From Vicugna vicugna (lineage: Eukaryota): a stretch of 64,000 nucleotides of DNA. A program made the position numbers and the translations under genes. Within the stretch, counting starts at the first letter, position 1. Every line of letters begins with the position of its first letter. This document shows, one piece after another, positions 10,581 to 24,158 of the stretch. The DNA lies in NCBI GenBank assembly GCA_013265495.1, contig MU057887.1, positions 1,065,985 to 1,129,984 on the forward strand, written 5' to 3'. The notes below the pieces were generated by a model. It ran no database searches and had not been told where the DNA came from. It saw only the letters and a program-made list of their open reading frames with translations.

Positions 10581-13500
10581 ACTGGACCCGGTGTGTCCCA
10601 GGGCAAAGGGTCAGATGTGTGGCTCCAGGGGGGTCTTTGGGGTGTGAATCTGGCTTCTCCAAAGGCCCGCCAGGACAGGTGACGCGTACCGTGAAGAGGA
10701 GTCAGGGCCCTCGCGCGCGCGTGTGTGCATGTCCCTGTGCTCACACGTGTTTTGCAGACCCCTGAGTGTGCAAGGCCCTGTCCTTGAGACACGTGAACAC
10801 AAGGCTGTTGAGGTGTGGCCGTGAGGGCCTGGTGCTCCTGGCCGTGGGGTGAGGGGTTGTCACTGGGCAGGGAGACCATGGCGGCATCTTCCATTGTCTG
10901 CCTGGGAGAAAGCAGGCTGCGTGCAAAGCCCGCTCACAGCCAGACACCTCAGTTTGGAGACACTCTCCCAGTCGCACAGGCTCAGGGTCTGCACGTGGGC
11001 AGGGACCGCTGTGTTGGGCACCGTGGGTTTAGTGGTCCCTGTGGCCCCCTCCTCCAGAGTTCGGGAGACTGTTTTTTCTGCTGCTTTTTTGCTGGTGGCC
11101 CTTCTTGGGCAGGGTAAAGGATGCTTCCACTGGCTACTCAAGGCTGCAGCAGCCCTGAGAGCTGAAAGAATGGGTCTTGACGCTGCAAGTTTCCAGGACG
11201 AGGGGGGACTGCTGCAGAGGGTTCTTCGGCCGTGCTCCCAGACGCCAGGGGGACGGCACAAAGGGCTGGCTTCAGGGTACAATAGTGGGGCGGTTAGTCA
11301 CAGTGCCGGGCAGCGGGCAGGCAGACAGAGCTCCCTGTGTCTGCGCCTATTCGGGCTGGGCCCTGCAGCCTGATTTCCCCTGCCCCTGGCCTTTTGTTTG
11401 CACCCGTCCCTGCTCCCCGATTAACCCCCTGCTGCCCGCCCCACGGCCTACCTGGCCACCTGGCTGGGGCATCCTTACCAGGCTCTGGTTTCCATCAGCC
11501 ACCTGGCCAGAGGCAAGCTGCTCCTTGAAGCCGGGCTCAGGCCTGCGTGATTTCACTGGCATCTCTGGGGACAGAGGCACTGGCACAGCTCCGTCACCAT
11601 CACCGTGGCTGGGCAGCATTTGTGGGCTTGAGGACCGGTTTTGTGTGACTTAAAGATCCATCAGCATTTGAGAGTATTCACCATGCAAGGGCTGGGCATT
11701 TCTGGAAACAATGAAAAGCCAAAACTGTGAAAAATTAGGGAGTGGCCCTGAAGCTGGTGCCGGTACTGCATGTTTTAAAGTGAACAGACTGATATAAATA
11801 TTTTAATCCTGTGCATAGATAGATGGATAAGATAAAATAAATTAGTCATGTCCCAGCCCTGTCTGGGGACTAAAGCAGGACTTCTGTCAGCACTTGCTGT
11901 TTGGTAGTTACAATTAAAATCGCCCCTTCTAGGTTGCAATTCTAGCGTCTCAGAGATGGAATTAGCTGTTTGTTTAATTTGACAGTTAAACTATTAACAT
12001 GTGGAGAAGGTAACTGCCCCCCAAAAAGGCATAAAACACAGTTAACAGTCTCTCTCACTGTCTTTAACTTAAAAATGATCTGTGCAGAGATTCTACATTT
12101 TGGCTTTTCTTTGCTAAATTAAAGTGGCATGTGTTTTTATTTTAGAAGGCAGGGATGGTTTGCTGTGCCGTGTGTGAGGCGGGGAGGTAAAATAAAGGGC
12201 CTTTTGAAAATGTGCCCATCTCCTACAGCTGAAAAACCCAAGAGCCAGACATTTTTTTTCCCCTTGGAGGAAATAAATGCCTCCAATTTATTCATCTTAC
12301 CTGTTGATTACATTTGGTAACTATTTTATTGTTGAGTCCTTATCTAGAATTGAAGATGTCTTTGGAATATCAAAAACCTAGTTCTGTTTGGTCCATGAGA
12401 CATTGGTGCCTCTCTGTTAAAAACCACTTAACGCCGCATCCGGGCCCAGGTGGCTCTCTGGACGGAGCACGGACTGTGTGCATCCAGCTTCTGCCTTCAG
12501 AAATTAAGTGATGGAAGACTTACGGTCAGCTCACATCATTTCGTTCTGATTTCTTTTAAACCAGTGAAGATGATTTTAGCACAAAGAGTGATGTATCTTA
12601 CTTGCATTCTGAGAGCCATTGGATTTTTCAAGCCGGAATACAATTTTTTTTTTCAAAATCCAAATTTAGAAATTGCCTTTCAGAGTAGAAAACAGCATGC
12701 TGGTTCGCCTTTTCGCTCACTTTAAAAGAAATAGACTTCAGATCAAATACATTTGATTCGTAGATTGTTTTCCCCGTCCGTTGTTATCGAGGGGCTGGAA
12801 ATAGCCCACTTTTACAAAGTAACGTAAGAAAAGGCATGTTCCCACACAGGCATAGATTCCTTCTGGGGTGGACCCAAGCCCCAGAGGGGCCACGGACTTA
12901 TACTTGAGTCACTGTCCTGTGCACATTTTTCCTTCCCAGGAGGAGTATGGCATTCAGCCACAAAGTCATCAAGTGAAAAAAAGACAGTCCCTGCCTGCCT
13001 GAGGCACAGTCACACCACACACCTCTCGAGAGATAAAGGGACCCTGTGCAAATACCATTGTTTTAAAGCAAACCCAACACAATTTTCACTAATTGCAATT
13101 CTGCCCTGGCCATAGGCACTAGCTCCAATAATGGAAAAAAAGGAAAAAATTGGAATAATGGGAAACACACTTGATCCCTGGGGAAACTGTCTCTCCTGCA
13201 GGAAGGTACTGGGATGAGAGGTCTGGAAGCTGCCACGGGGACATGGGAGACTCAAAGCCTCCGTTCAAATCTTGGGGCTCTTAACTTCTCTCCTCCACTC
13301 CTCAGTTTCCCACATTTCAGATGAGAAAAAAAATGACCTCAACGCACTGTCCAGGGTTGTTGCAGGAATATCTCAGCGGCAGCCAATATTTGCATAGCAG
13401 AGCTGCCTGGTTTCATTTTCTGTTTGAACATGTTTCTCTAAAGGGTAAAGTGCTGGAGACACGTGAGCTGCCGTTATCAACCTAATAACTTTCCTGGCAA

Positions 13501-15137
13501 TATATGGTCATTATTGTTTATGTTTAACTCATAAATAGCGATAGTAACGTATCTTATTCTTGAAATGAATTATGACATAATACATGCAGCTATATCAGTA
13601 ATACGACCCCTTGCTGATTATGGAAGCAGCATATGCTCATCGTGGAAATTTTGGAAAATGCAGAGAAGTGCATGGAAGGGAAGTCATCCTCCCCACTCCA
13701 GCTCTGGTCACGCGTCCACATCTTTCCTGCAAGGTTTTCTTCTCTGCCCTGTGGATTCTTGGAGCCCGTACTTTCGGATGACTCCATCATGCTTTTCGGC
13801 TGGGGTCTCCTGTCCTCTTTGAGCTTCTGTTCTCTAGGGGCGGCCCCTCCCTCTGGCACCCAGGCCACCACCTTCAAGCAGGCTGGGCACAGGCCCTGGC
13901 ATTCAGGGAGACGACCTCAGGCTCCCTGGCTCCCAGCCCCCTTCCCCTGCCCTTCCGGGAGCCATGTCGGGGCAGGCCAGACAGACTGCCAGTACGGCCC
14001 CGTGGCAGAGTCCAGGCTGACTCAGGGCATCGGGGACATGGGGCGAGTGGCAGGAAACACAGTGTCTTACGGTGCCCAGGCCTTGGGGATGGAGAGGAGC
14101 GCAGCTGGGCCTTCTCCATGCGGGATGGGGCCAGGAGGTGGGAGGAGCGGGACCCCACAGCCGGGAAAGTGGTGAAAAGCAGGCCTGAGGTTTGAATTCT
14201 CAGCACAGAAAGCCACTTGGGCTAAATCACTCCTTAGACGGGCAAAGTTTCATCAGAGCTGTCGAGATAATGTTTCCAAGGTGTTCAGCTTTCTGGTTCT
14301 GACTGAAACTCACCAAGCGATTGGAGGTTAATGCCAAGTGACTTGGTAGGCAGAAATAGGCCAGCACTTTAGTACAAGGGCACAGTTCCCAAACGCTGTG
14401 TTGCAATCAGGCACGGGCCTCGGCTGGTCCCACAAATCCATCAGGCAAAAGTTCCCCGTTACCAGGCCTCTGGAAGGGGAAACAAACTGATTTCCATATT
14501 GTTTTCTAGAGTAACTGACATCCGAAGTGAGTTCTAGTTTCTAAGTTCATTTCTGCTATGATAAATGGAGTCCATGAGGTCTGCCTTGACCCCCTTGGAT
14601 AATGCAGTGCCTTCATCATCTTAACAGATCAGTAGAGATTTATTAACAGCCCACACTGCAGACAGACTTCACCAGCAAGGCTGCTGGTTGTGGTGTTGGT
14701 TATAGTAGAGAAATATTAGTGAGAATTGAAATTTGTAATAATCACAGGAAATGCTGGGTGAATTATCACATAAGAATAAAATGGAATGTTGTGTCACTAT
14801 TAAAATGCTGTTGACAAAGAGTTTGTAATAGCATGGGGACATACAGGATGCAACATTTTACGAACAGTAAATATGTATGTAAATTATGTAACTGTATGCA
14901 CATGTTCACTGCTGGGAAGGAAATGCATTCGAGTTTTATTTTCTGGATGATGGCAAATAGGTGAATTTTCCTTTTTTCCATGTATTTTGTACTTGAATTA
15001 TTTATACTTTATACTCACTACTTAAATTATCTCTATCTTAAATATCTATCTTCATATTTTACTTTTAAATTACTTATACTTGATTCTCTGCCTTCCGTAA
15101 ACATGTGGTATTTTTCTAAGCAAGAAAAATCATTTTT

Positions 15138-15274
15138 TGTTTGGTTTGGTTTTTTTTGGTTGGGGCGGTGGGTAATTAGTTTACAGATTTATTTTTAGAG
15201 GAGGTTCTGCGGGTTGAACCCAGGACCCTGTGTATGCTAAGCATGCACACTACCACTTGAGCTGTACCCTCCAC
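15138..15274 (-). mobile_element. tRNA-derived SINE, camelid vic-1-like, with a 17-bp TSD
   Basis: The minus strand reads GGAGGGTACAGCTCAAGTGGTAG...GCATGCTTAGCAT...GGTCCTGGGTTCAACCC (A and B boxes), followed by an A-rich tail. Perfect TSD CAAGAAAAATCATTTTT at 15121-15137 and 15275-15291. Confidence 0.9.
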
Positions 15275-16279
15275 CAAGAAAAATCATTTTTAAATGAAGT
15301 AGATTTAAACATCTACTTCATTTACAATTTTTTGTTAATTTGTTAATTTTGTTAATTAAAATTAAAATTTTTGTTAACTAAAAAAATTTTTTAATGAAGT
15401 AGAATCATTCTACTTTATTGGGAGTAGAAATAAAGACAAATGGCTTATTTTTCCTTCAATACTGTGGATAGATGGCAAGTAGCAGAATTATTCGTTAGGC
15501 CAACAAATGTATATAGTAAGTAAATACTGTTTGTTCTCTTATAAAAGATTTGTACATTGATAGCTTATTAATCAAACGCTACATGCATTCCCTAAACAAA
15601 CATACATACTTGCACAACCAGGGCACAAAAATCTCAACTAGGATTTTGTGTGAACTTAAGGAGAAGTATTTTTGTCCCCTAAACAATACCATCCAGAAAT
15701 GAGAAAAAAGGCATTCTTGTTCTTCTTGGCTATTTGGTCCAGTGATTCCCCACTCCCCTGGTGAGATTGCTTGATTTCGAGTTTGGGCTTTCTGCTTCTA
15801 TTGGTTGTTTTTTAAGGGCAATTTAAAAGATCCTGCAAGTTCTTATCTGGAGAAGAACACAGATCTTGGATTCATACTGCCAGATGATACACTGTGGTCT
15901 TTGGGTAGAACTCTTAGCGGTTTATTTATACTCTCATTTGTTTTCTTTTAAAAGAAAGAAAGAAAACAATTTTTTTCCAGCTTGTACTTCCCAGGACTTC
16001 TATATTTCAAAATATTATTCTGCACTCTTAAGTCACCTGCTAATTCACAGCCGGGGGATACACTGCTTGTAACAAGACAAGAGGCAGGAATTTTCTTTTG
16101 TGAGCATAATGCTACAGGATTTTGTGATATGGAAAATTCTGTCCCATCTTACCGTCTAAAATATCTGAGCCTTGTGGCAAGTGCCATTTGCTCTCCTGTA
16201 AAATCCGTTCCCTAGACCAGCAGTGTTGGAAAGGGTAGAATCTTAAAAAATGCAGTGGTCCGGAAATAACTCACTGCCC

Positions 16280-17530
16280 CGGTTGGTTTACAAGGCCCGG
16301 TGGGAGGCTGTCAGACTGACCCCCGCTCCGGACACCACGTGGCGCAGGTGAGCCGCGGCCGCGGGGACCCCGTCCAGGACCTGGGCCGGCTCGCCGCCTG
16401 CGTACGGCTGACACGAAGGCCTGCGGCCTCAGTTTCCCCCGCTGCCTCCGCGGGTGGGGGCGGAGGCGAGGCTGGCGGCGGCCCGGACGGCGGGGACCTG
16501 GCGGGAAGGGGTCTGCACGCGTCGGGCCGGGCCCGCGGGGAGGCGCCCGGCTGGGAGGTCCCGCGGCCTCCGGGGCGCGACCCTCTAATCCGCTTTAGTC
16601 AATATATTGTGCGCTTTACTTAGGCAAAGTAAACAGGGCGGGCCAACAAAGCGGCGGCCGCCGGCCCGCGACTCCCTGACCCCGGGGTCGCGCCCTTTGT
16701 TCGCCCTCAATGGGGCCGCCCCGTCGCCCGCCCGCCCGCGGCTAATTGGGGCGCGTGCCGCCGCCGCCGCCGCGGACCCCGGCCCCGGCTCTGACACCGG
16801 ACCCCGGCTCGGACAGAGACTCGGACCCCAGCGCGGAGTCCGACCCCGGAACCGGACCCGGACCCCGGTTCCGACACGGATTCGGACCCTGGACCCAACG
16901 CGGATCTGGACTCCTGCTGGGACTCGGACCCCGGACCCAGATCCAGATGCGGGTCAAGATTCGGACTCGGACCGGGACCCCTGCTTGGACCCTAACACCT
17001 GCCTGACGCAGACCCGCCTTCGGCTCCCGGCTCGGACCGCGCAAAGCGCGCCCGCCCCCGACTCAGACTCCAAGGCCCCCACGTACGTGGACCCGGCCGC
17101 AGGCTCAGACTGCAGGCTCCGCTCCCCACTTGATGTGGACCCCAGGCTCCAGACCTGATGCCACCCGGCCCGGCCCTGGCCCTGCCTCGGCTTCGTCCCC
17201 GCTGAGCCCTCTCTCCGCCCTGGGCCGGGAGCCTGGGGGCTGCATGGAGGAGGCGCGCGAGACCTCCGGGCCTCCAGAGCGGGTGCAGACCCCGTCGTGT
17301 CACCTGCCCCGCCCAGACCCGGCGGGACGAGGCTAGCCGCAACCCGGTTGCCCACCCCGGTGGCCGATGCGCTGGTCGGCCGACGGATCCCAGGCAGCCA
17401 CCGCGGCCGCGTGGCGCCTGCCACCCGGGGGGTGGGGGCCGCGACGGCACCGCTGCACGGGTCCCAGGCCAGGAGCCCGGCTGGAGGCGTCGCTCTGCAG
17501 GGCCCTTGTGGACTGCGACCGACCCGCCGG
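16280..17530. promoter_or_regulatory. CpG island 3, candidate alternative promoter/enhancer
   Basis: CpG-dense. E-box CACGTG at 16336-16341, donor CAG|GTGAGC at 16347/16348, GTAAACA at 16629, GGGCGG at 16636, AACAAAG at 16645 and CTTTGTT at 16695. Confidence 0.8.
16772..17160. repeat. Degenerate hexamer array (CGGACC/CGGACT/CAGACY)
   Basis: Many GGACC/GGACT units at roughly 6-nt multiples, which produce the RT/DP/DS-repeat pseudo-peptides in the ORF track. Confidence 0.75.
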
Positions 17531-19164
17531 CTGAAGTGCAGAGAGGAGAGGTCTGCGGGAAAACAAGGCACGTGTGTTTTTCTTTCTCTGCTCTTCATTT
17601 CTGTGGAAGTCCCGCAAATGGGAAAGAAAAGGTGCTCCAGGAAAGCAGAATCCACGGTCCCCTGCGATGAAAAACAGGAACCTTCACACCCATCTGCACT
17701 GGGCTTTCGTTGCCTCCTAGGCCCTTCTTTTCCCTCCAAATCACAACCTTTACAGAGTCTTGGGGGTAGTTCTAGGTGGGACCTACCAGGCCCAGAGTGA
17801 TGAAGACAGCTGACACTAAATTCAGCCCTGACCATCCCATGTCCCCTATGTTCTTTGTTTTTTCCTCAAATGCTGGACAGGGTTATAATTTTTATCCCAA
17901 GCAGCTTTTGAGACTTAGCTCCTTGTAACTTTTTTTTAAGGTTTTGTCTGATTTTAAAAAGCACTTTCTCTTGTAATTAGGTGCAAAGAGGAGGCAAGAG
18001 AAAGGCGTCTTGGAAGCCTTTGCCTTTGAAAATGAACAGGGTGGCTTCAAGTTCTCCGCCAAGCCAGGCAAGGCCTCTGGCTCGCGCCTCATTTATTTCA
18101 TAGTTTTGTTCACCTGGCTCTGCCAGGGAGCCTTTTAAAAATGTTAAGTTTGTTTCTGTGCTTGCCGTTTGTGCAGTGGAATATTCTGCTGTGGAATTTG
18201 GCTTTTGGGGAACACTTGGTGTTCGGGGCCGTGCCTTGCTGTCCTGAGGATGAGCGGGTGTTGTGTCGGTGCGTATCACAAACTAGGGGGAGGCAGGGGC
18301 TTCAGGAAATTTCGCTGTGTGGTGCAGATCTCTCCTGGAAAGGGAAGCCCTTTGGAGACAGACTGCTGGTATCTCCTTCAATACAACCATTTCCGAAATA
18401 ACCCAGTTCCCTCTTTCTTCACCTCTTTCTCAATGCATGTGCCCCTGCAGAATGCTGACTTCCAGGCCCCAGGCCCTGGCCATCCCTCCAGGAGAGAATT
18501 GCCACCATGAGCCTCTCTGGAGGGAGCCGGTTATGAGTGATCCTGGCTGACTTGAGACTTTGAGGTTTTCCCAGACCATATTGTCACCTGTTTGGCCTTT
18601 TATACTGAGACCGCGGGCAGGGACCTGCCAGGTTCACGGGGGGCCGCAAGTCGGGGAAGGTTCTGGTGGGGCTCAGAGCTATGGTGGTTGTGTGGCTGGG
18701 GAGCCCCTGGTTACAGGGTGTCTGCACACCAATAGGAAGAAGGGTGAACGGGGGGCATTGGGCCCCTCCACTCTGTTGAGGCGGCTTTGTTCTGAGGACT
18801 CTGGCAGGCCCGGCGTGGGGAGCTCAAGTTCGTGCTTTTACACCGGAGGTCGATGCGTCCAGCCCAGTTGTGTGGGGGCGACGAGGATGCACCTGCAGGG
18901 GAGGGTGGACGCTTCAGATGACCGGAGCCGGCTGCGGGGGCGGGGAATTGCCGGAGCTGGCCTGCTCAAGGCAGTTCTGGGCTCCGTGTTTCAATGGAGT
19001 TCTGTTTTTCCCAGGAACTGTTCTTACCTATAAAATAAGCCTGCACATGCGTGAGCGTGAAGGGTTGGGTGGTGATACGTTCTGTTAAAAAAAACAACGA
19101 AGGGGCGTGTGTGCCTGCAGTGGTTGGGGGTCCCAGGTTGGTACAATATTGTGCCAAATCAGTA

Positions 19165-19295
19165 TTCCACCCGCTCAGGCCTCAGTTTCTCTGGTCTTTA
19201 AGGAGGTGTGGCATTTCTTGTTCTGTCTTCTCGGGTTGTGAGGATCACGTGAGACAGGGCTCAGAAATTTATGCGCCCTGTAAATCACAAACCGC
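19165..19295 (+). mobile_element. MIR-family fragment
   Basis: GGCCTCAGTTTCTC...GGGTTGTGAGGATCACGTGAGA. Confidence 0.55.
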
Positions 19296-20104
19296 ATGCT
19301 CTCCACACACGAGACGCTGTCCTTATCACCTTAGCAAAAACCTGCACTAGGAGCCGTTGTTTTTGTTGAAAATGTTTAGCGACTCCCGTGGTACCTGGCA
19401 CAGACTAAATGCTTGAGGTGCTTTTGTTGACTTGAACTATATCAAAACCCTCGGCGATGGTATAAGAAGGTGTGGGCCGAGCATGCTGAGAATTTGGACA
19501 AACTGCAGAGCATCCCTGCCTCTCCAAGGCCTTTGATCGTGATAACAAGTTGGTCCCCAACTTGGGGGATTGGATTTGGTGGTTTGGAGACCCTCCTCCT
19601 CCTGGCATGGATGCCGAGAGCCCTGAATGTTTATCCCAGGCTTCAAGGCTCTCTTTGCAGCCTCACCCAGCCTGGCTTGGGTAGGGATCTGCAGGGCCCA
19701 AACCCCGGCCCAGGCCACACAATTTGACCTCCTTTCCCGAGGGATCTGGTGCACGTGGCTTCCAAGAGGACAGCACACCTTGGCCCCGGGCCCTAGCCTC
19801 ACTCCCCGAAGCTGGTCTTGCCATGTTTGTCCTAACAGGGCTGAATGAGGTCAGCTTGGTTTGCCATTCACAAAACATATATATATATATTTTTATTGCA
19901 GGGAAAGTTTTCTCTATCTGAGGTCAGTCTCGTTATCTACAGCAGGTTATGTTTTCACTGGCTTTTGGTGTTTGCACACGTGTAATGAAAAAGGGAGGAA
20001 CCTGAACAGAATACAGGTGAGGCCTGCCCTTTGTCTGGGCTTGAGGATCGCCACCAGGACCTCAAGTCGGCCCCAAGCCGTAAGGGCAACAGAACTTGTA
20101 TTTC

Positions 20105-20105
20105 T

Positions 20106-20145
<40 letters not shown>
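20105..20145. repeat. Compound (CG)n(CA)n microsatellite
   Basis: 41 nt of uninterrupted purine-pyrimidine alternation. Confidence 0.95.
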
Positions 20146-20147
<2 letters not shown>

Positions 20148-23100
20148 ACCCCAGGATACCATCCTCGTGTTGCTAGCATTAATGTTCTAATATTAAAGTT
20201 TGAGGCACCCACAGGCTGTCTTAAAAGGCTCATTCAGCCTGCCTGCCTTGGAGCTATTTTATTTATAAGCCTTCTGTCACGTCAAAGAACTCTGTGTTTC
20301 TGGTAGACTGTGTTCGGGTGGTTGAGTGCTTTGGTTTTTGGCTACAGCTGGTGAATTTTTCCGAATCTGTAGATCCAGGTGTGCGTTGAGAAGTTTTTTC
20401 CCAACACAAGAAGTTTCCCAGTGAGCCTTGGAGTCCTCCTAGAAATTTCCGGCATTCTGTGTGTGAGAGACTGCCAGCTTCAGAGAAGCTGTGAGTGAGG
20501 GAAGGAGGTGGCGGGCTGCATCCACTGTCTCCCCTCAGACACGGAGGTGGGGAGAGACTCTTGTAGCACGTTTAGAATACAGGGCTGAAAAACTGGTTTA
20601 TTGGTAAGATACTAGGAAAGGCACAAATCCTTGAACATCGTGGAAAGCTGAGCCCGGGAGTGAAAATGTCCGTCCACATCTCTCTTTATTTTCAAACCCA
20701 TTTTAAAAATATGTATTCATCATATAAAAATTATACAGACTCCTATTTTCAAGGTTAATGTCACCCGTGGTCTGATTGCCTACATTACCACTTTCTTTTG
20801 GTTAAAAAAAAAAGAACTTCTTGTTCCTTTAAAATTAGGAATTACACCCAAAGTTGCTCTATAAATAGCAAGAAACAAAACAGAACAAAAGCATTGGCTT
20901 TCTTTTTCAGTATTTTTTTTTGCAGCCATTAAATATCTTGTCTTGCAGTGATAAATTTAGGTGAGACATTTTTTCACTTTTTGAAGCGAGGATGTATATG
21001 AAAAATCCAACCTTAACCCTAACTTTCTGCTAACCGGATCTGAAAGCTATGATATTTAGACATAGTCAGGAAAATGAAACTGTCATTATATATAACGCAA
21101 AGTACTTGCTTGTGTTGTGTGAAATCATGTTAGATTTTTAAAAAGTAAAATGGGAGTATTCCAATAAACAAGACCAGTGTGGTTGAATTTTAAACAATTT
21201 GTAACACCCGCACCCCTCAAAAAAACCCTCATTCGACATAGGTGCTTTTTGCAGGCAGCTTAAGTTTTGTTGCAATCATTTGAATGAAGTGATCTGTGAA
21301 ATCTTGATTTTAAAGTAAGTTCCTGTTGTCCCTTGCAATTTAGCAGTGAACCATCTGAGCTCTAAATCAGGGTTTATTTCCTTTCTTTTTTTTCCTTTAG
21401 TCTAGAGGGCTTATAATTTACCTAACTTACTGAAGGGCTGTGTGGTTAAGAAATGGTACTAAAATTTTCAGTTCATCTGTGAGGAGGGAAAAAATTAACT
21501 TGCATTAGGATTTCAGCATTATTTAAAAGTTAAAAAAATAAACATTTGACAGTTTTTAAAGTTTAAAATTGCTTTAAATTCTTAATAGCTAAATTCTCCT
21601 TAGATACAATGCAAAAAGAATAATGATTATTTCAGGCCCCTATGAAGGATTGATAAGATACAAAAAATACTTCAAAAAAATTGAGGCTTTTCAACTATGA
21701 AAGGAAGGTATCCGTTGGACATCAAGAGAGTGAAATTCTTTTCAAATTTTCTGATGTCTTTTAATTTTCCTGAAAATTCATCCCTGATTCTACTAGAAAC
21801 TGTTCAAGTTCAAATTCTAATAGATCTTTAATTGCTAATAAAAATCACTATGAGTGGCACATTAATTCTTTAGAAAAATGTTAATTTCCCAATTTATGAT
21901 TCCATTTTAGAAATTGCAGACTTGAGCAACCAAAATAAGCAAATTTAGCACCCATGTCTCTTTGATAGGTAATTTTGATTTTTAAAAAAATTTAGTCTGT
22001 ACTGTGCTTTTTCTCATTCCTTTTACGAACCCAAGAATCTAGCGTTGGCATTTGATATATGTGTCTATAATCAGGAATATTGGCCCATCATCTTTAATTC
22101 CTATTTTCTGATTTGCATTGTTACTATGTTGGAATGGGGAATTTCACTGTAATTCCTCATCTATGAGGGGAAAAAATCCCATAGTAGCATGTATGTATTG
22201 CATATAGTATGTTCACGTATTTAGATATATGATCAAGCACATTTATTGCACACTTCTGGTTGTTTTATGCATATCTTTTAATTGAAAAATAATAATAAAC
22301 TCCTTAAAGAATGCTTTCAGGGTTAATAGATGGTGTTACATGCACAGGTAACATCATGGCAAGTGAAAGTATGGACTTCCAAAGTGTGTTAAATATGATA
22401 AAACAGCTGCTCACAGGTTTCTAACTGGACAGGTGATGGGTGTGGAGCTCTGCTGGTCCCTGGGCATGCTGCTGATCACTGTCAGCTGCCGGCGCGCTAA
22501 GACTGTTCTGTACATACATACATATATATATATTTTTTTCTTTTTTTTAAGAAAAGATATAGAAATTGTTCTGCTGGTATGCTTTTTTGGTGGGGACAGG
22601 GTGGCTCCTAATGCAGTCTCCTGCCCTGTGCTTTGTTCCTTACACATGCTTGTCCCATGGCCAGAGTTTCATTTCTGTTGCCAGTGAACTCACACCAAGT
22701 TTGACATAAGACTGAGTAAACTCAAGCAAAAGATTCTGAAAAATGCTTCATTATGTCTGGGAGGAAAGAATCCTTTCTCTGGATGCTTGAGAGTAAAAAT
22801 GAACGCTTCATAAAGAGCAGCACAGGTTATTACGAAATAGATGTATCCAAACGGAATCCCAGACCTGCAAACTACTTGGAGACAAAGGCAGAAGGAAAAA
22901 AAAAATCATAAGCCTGGTTTGCCTTTGCACACAGTACCCAGCGCTTCTTAGAGGCTCTTCTAAAGAACACACTGTCTGGGGTGACTGAGGAAGTGGCATC
23001 CTACAAACTGGCAGTCTGGGTTTTACTGGGCTGGCTTGAAAATCATCAGAGTCTTGGGTGGACAAGTTGAATGTTCAAAACCCAAGTGGAAATGTAAGTT

Positions 23101-24158
23101 TTCACTCACACTCATCCTGCTTGCTTTCATTAGATTAAATGCATCTGTTTACTAAGTCCTCGGAATGCTTTGGATACCGAAAATCTTAAAACTACTGAAT
23201 GTTGCTAGGCTGAAAAAAGGGAAACTAAACTGAACTGCCCCGGCCTCATGAGGCTGGACTGCGGCCGAAGACGGAGCCGGGGCATAGCAGGAAGTGGCCA
23301 GCCACATTCCCATTAGGCAAATCTTGGAAGAAATCAGGAAAAAATAACTGTATAAGACTGATACTATAAACATCCTGGTATAGTGAGAGCCCTCCTTTTT
23401 CAAATATCTGACCGCGGGCATGGTGCGGCCCGCGGGCACACACCAAGTTCTTCCTCCAGGAAACTTGTCCATCGTAATATTCTTCAACAGCATAAACTTC
23501 CCAGGAATCCTTTCTGTTAATGTGAGCACTTTTAAAAATATTATTTACTTTAAATAATAAAATATGGTAACGAGTTGAAAAAAGACCTTAGAAAACCTGA
23601 AACCTGAAAAATACCCAATGGAGTTGCCCACGTGCTATTATTTTCCTCGCATAAAGCAGAATTTGATTTCTGAATTTGCAACCAAATTATATGTAAATCC
23701 TTGCCAAGTATAGAGAGGATAAAAAAGAATGTGTGTTCTCGAGTATTATCCTGACTCACCCAATTTCTTGTTTTACCAAATAAAAATTGAGAGGAGGAGA
23801 AAGGCATTAAATTAACTGATTACTGTGTGTGAGAGCAAGAAAAAAAATCAGCTAATAAAAACGTTAGCAAGCTGGTATGATTTCAGGTGAAAATTACAAA
23901 GTTAATATCCTGGCATTTAGTCATTGCCTTCAGTAATGATACAGTTGTCAAATTTGTATTTGTGCCAATGGAACAAAAGTTGTAAGTGGCATAATGGAAG
24001 ATAATCTCTTTTTTTGTGTGGCTTTTTAAATTCAATGTTTTAATCCACCCATTTAATCACAAAACATATATCACATTAGTTATAATATTTATAGTGTTTA
24101 GGAAAGTGATTATAAATAGATTGTAGGTGTGGTTGTTGGATGTGTTGGTTGTGGTATT

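Noticed and set aside
16772..17160. CRISPR-like array or repeat-protein CDS
   Set aside because: No constant repeat with unique spacers, and the context is eukaryotic. It is a degenerate hexamer tract.
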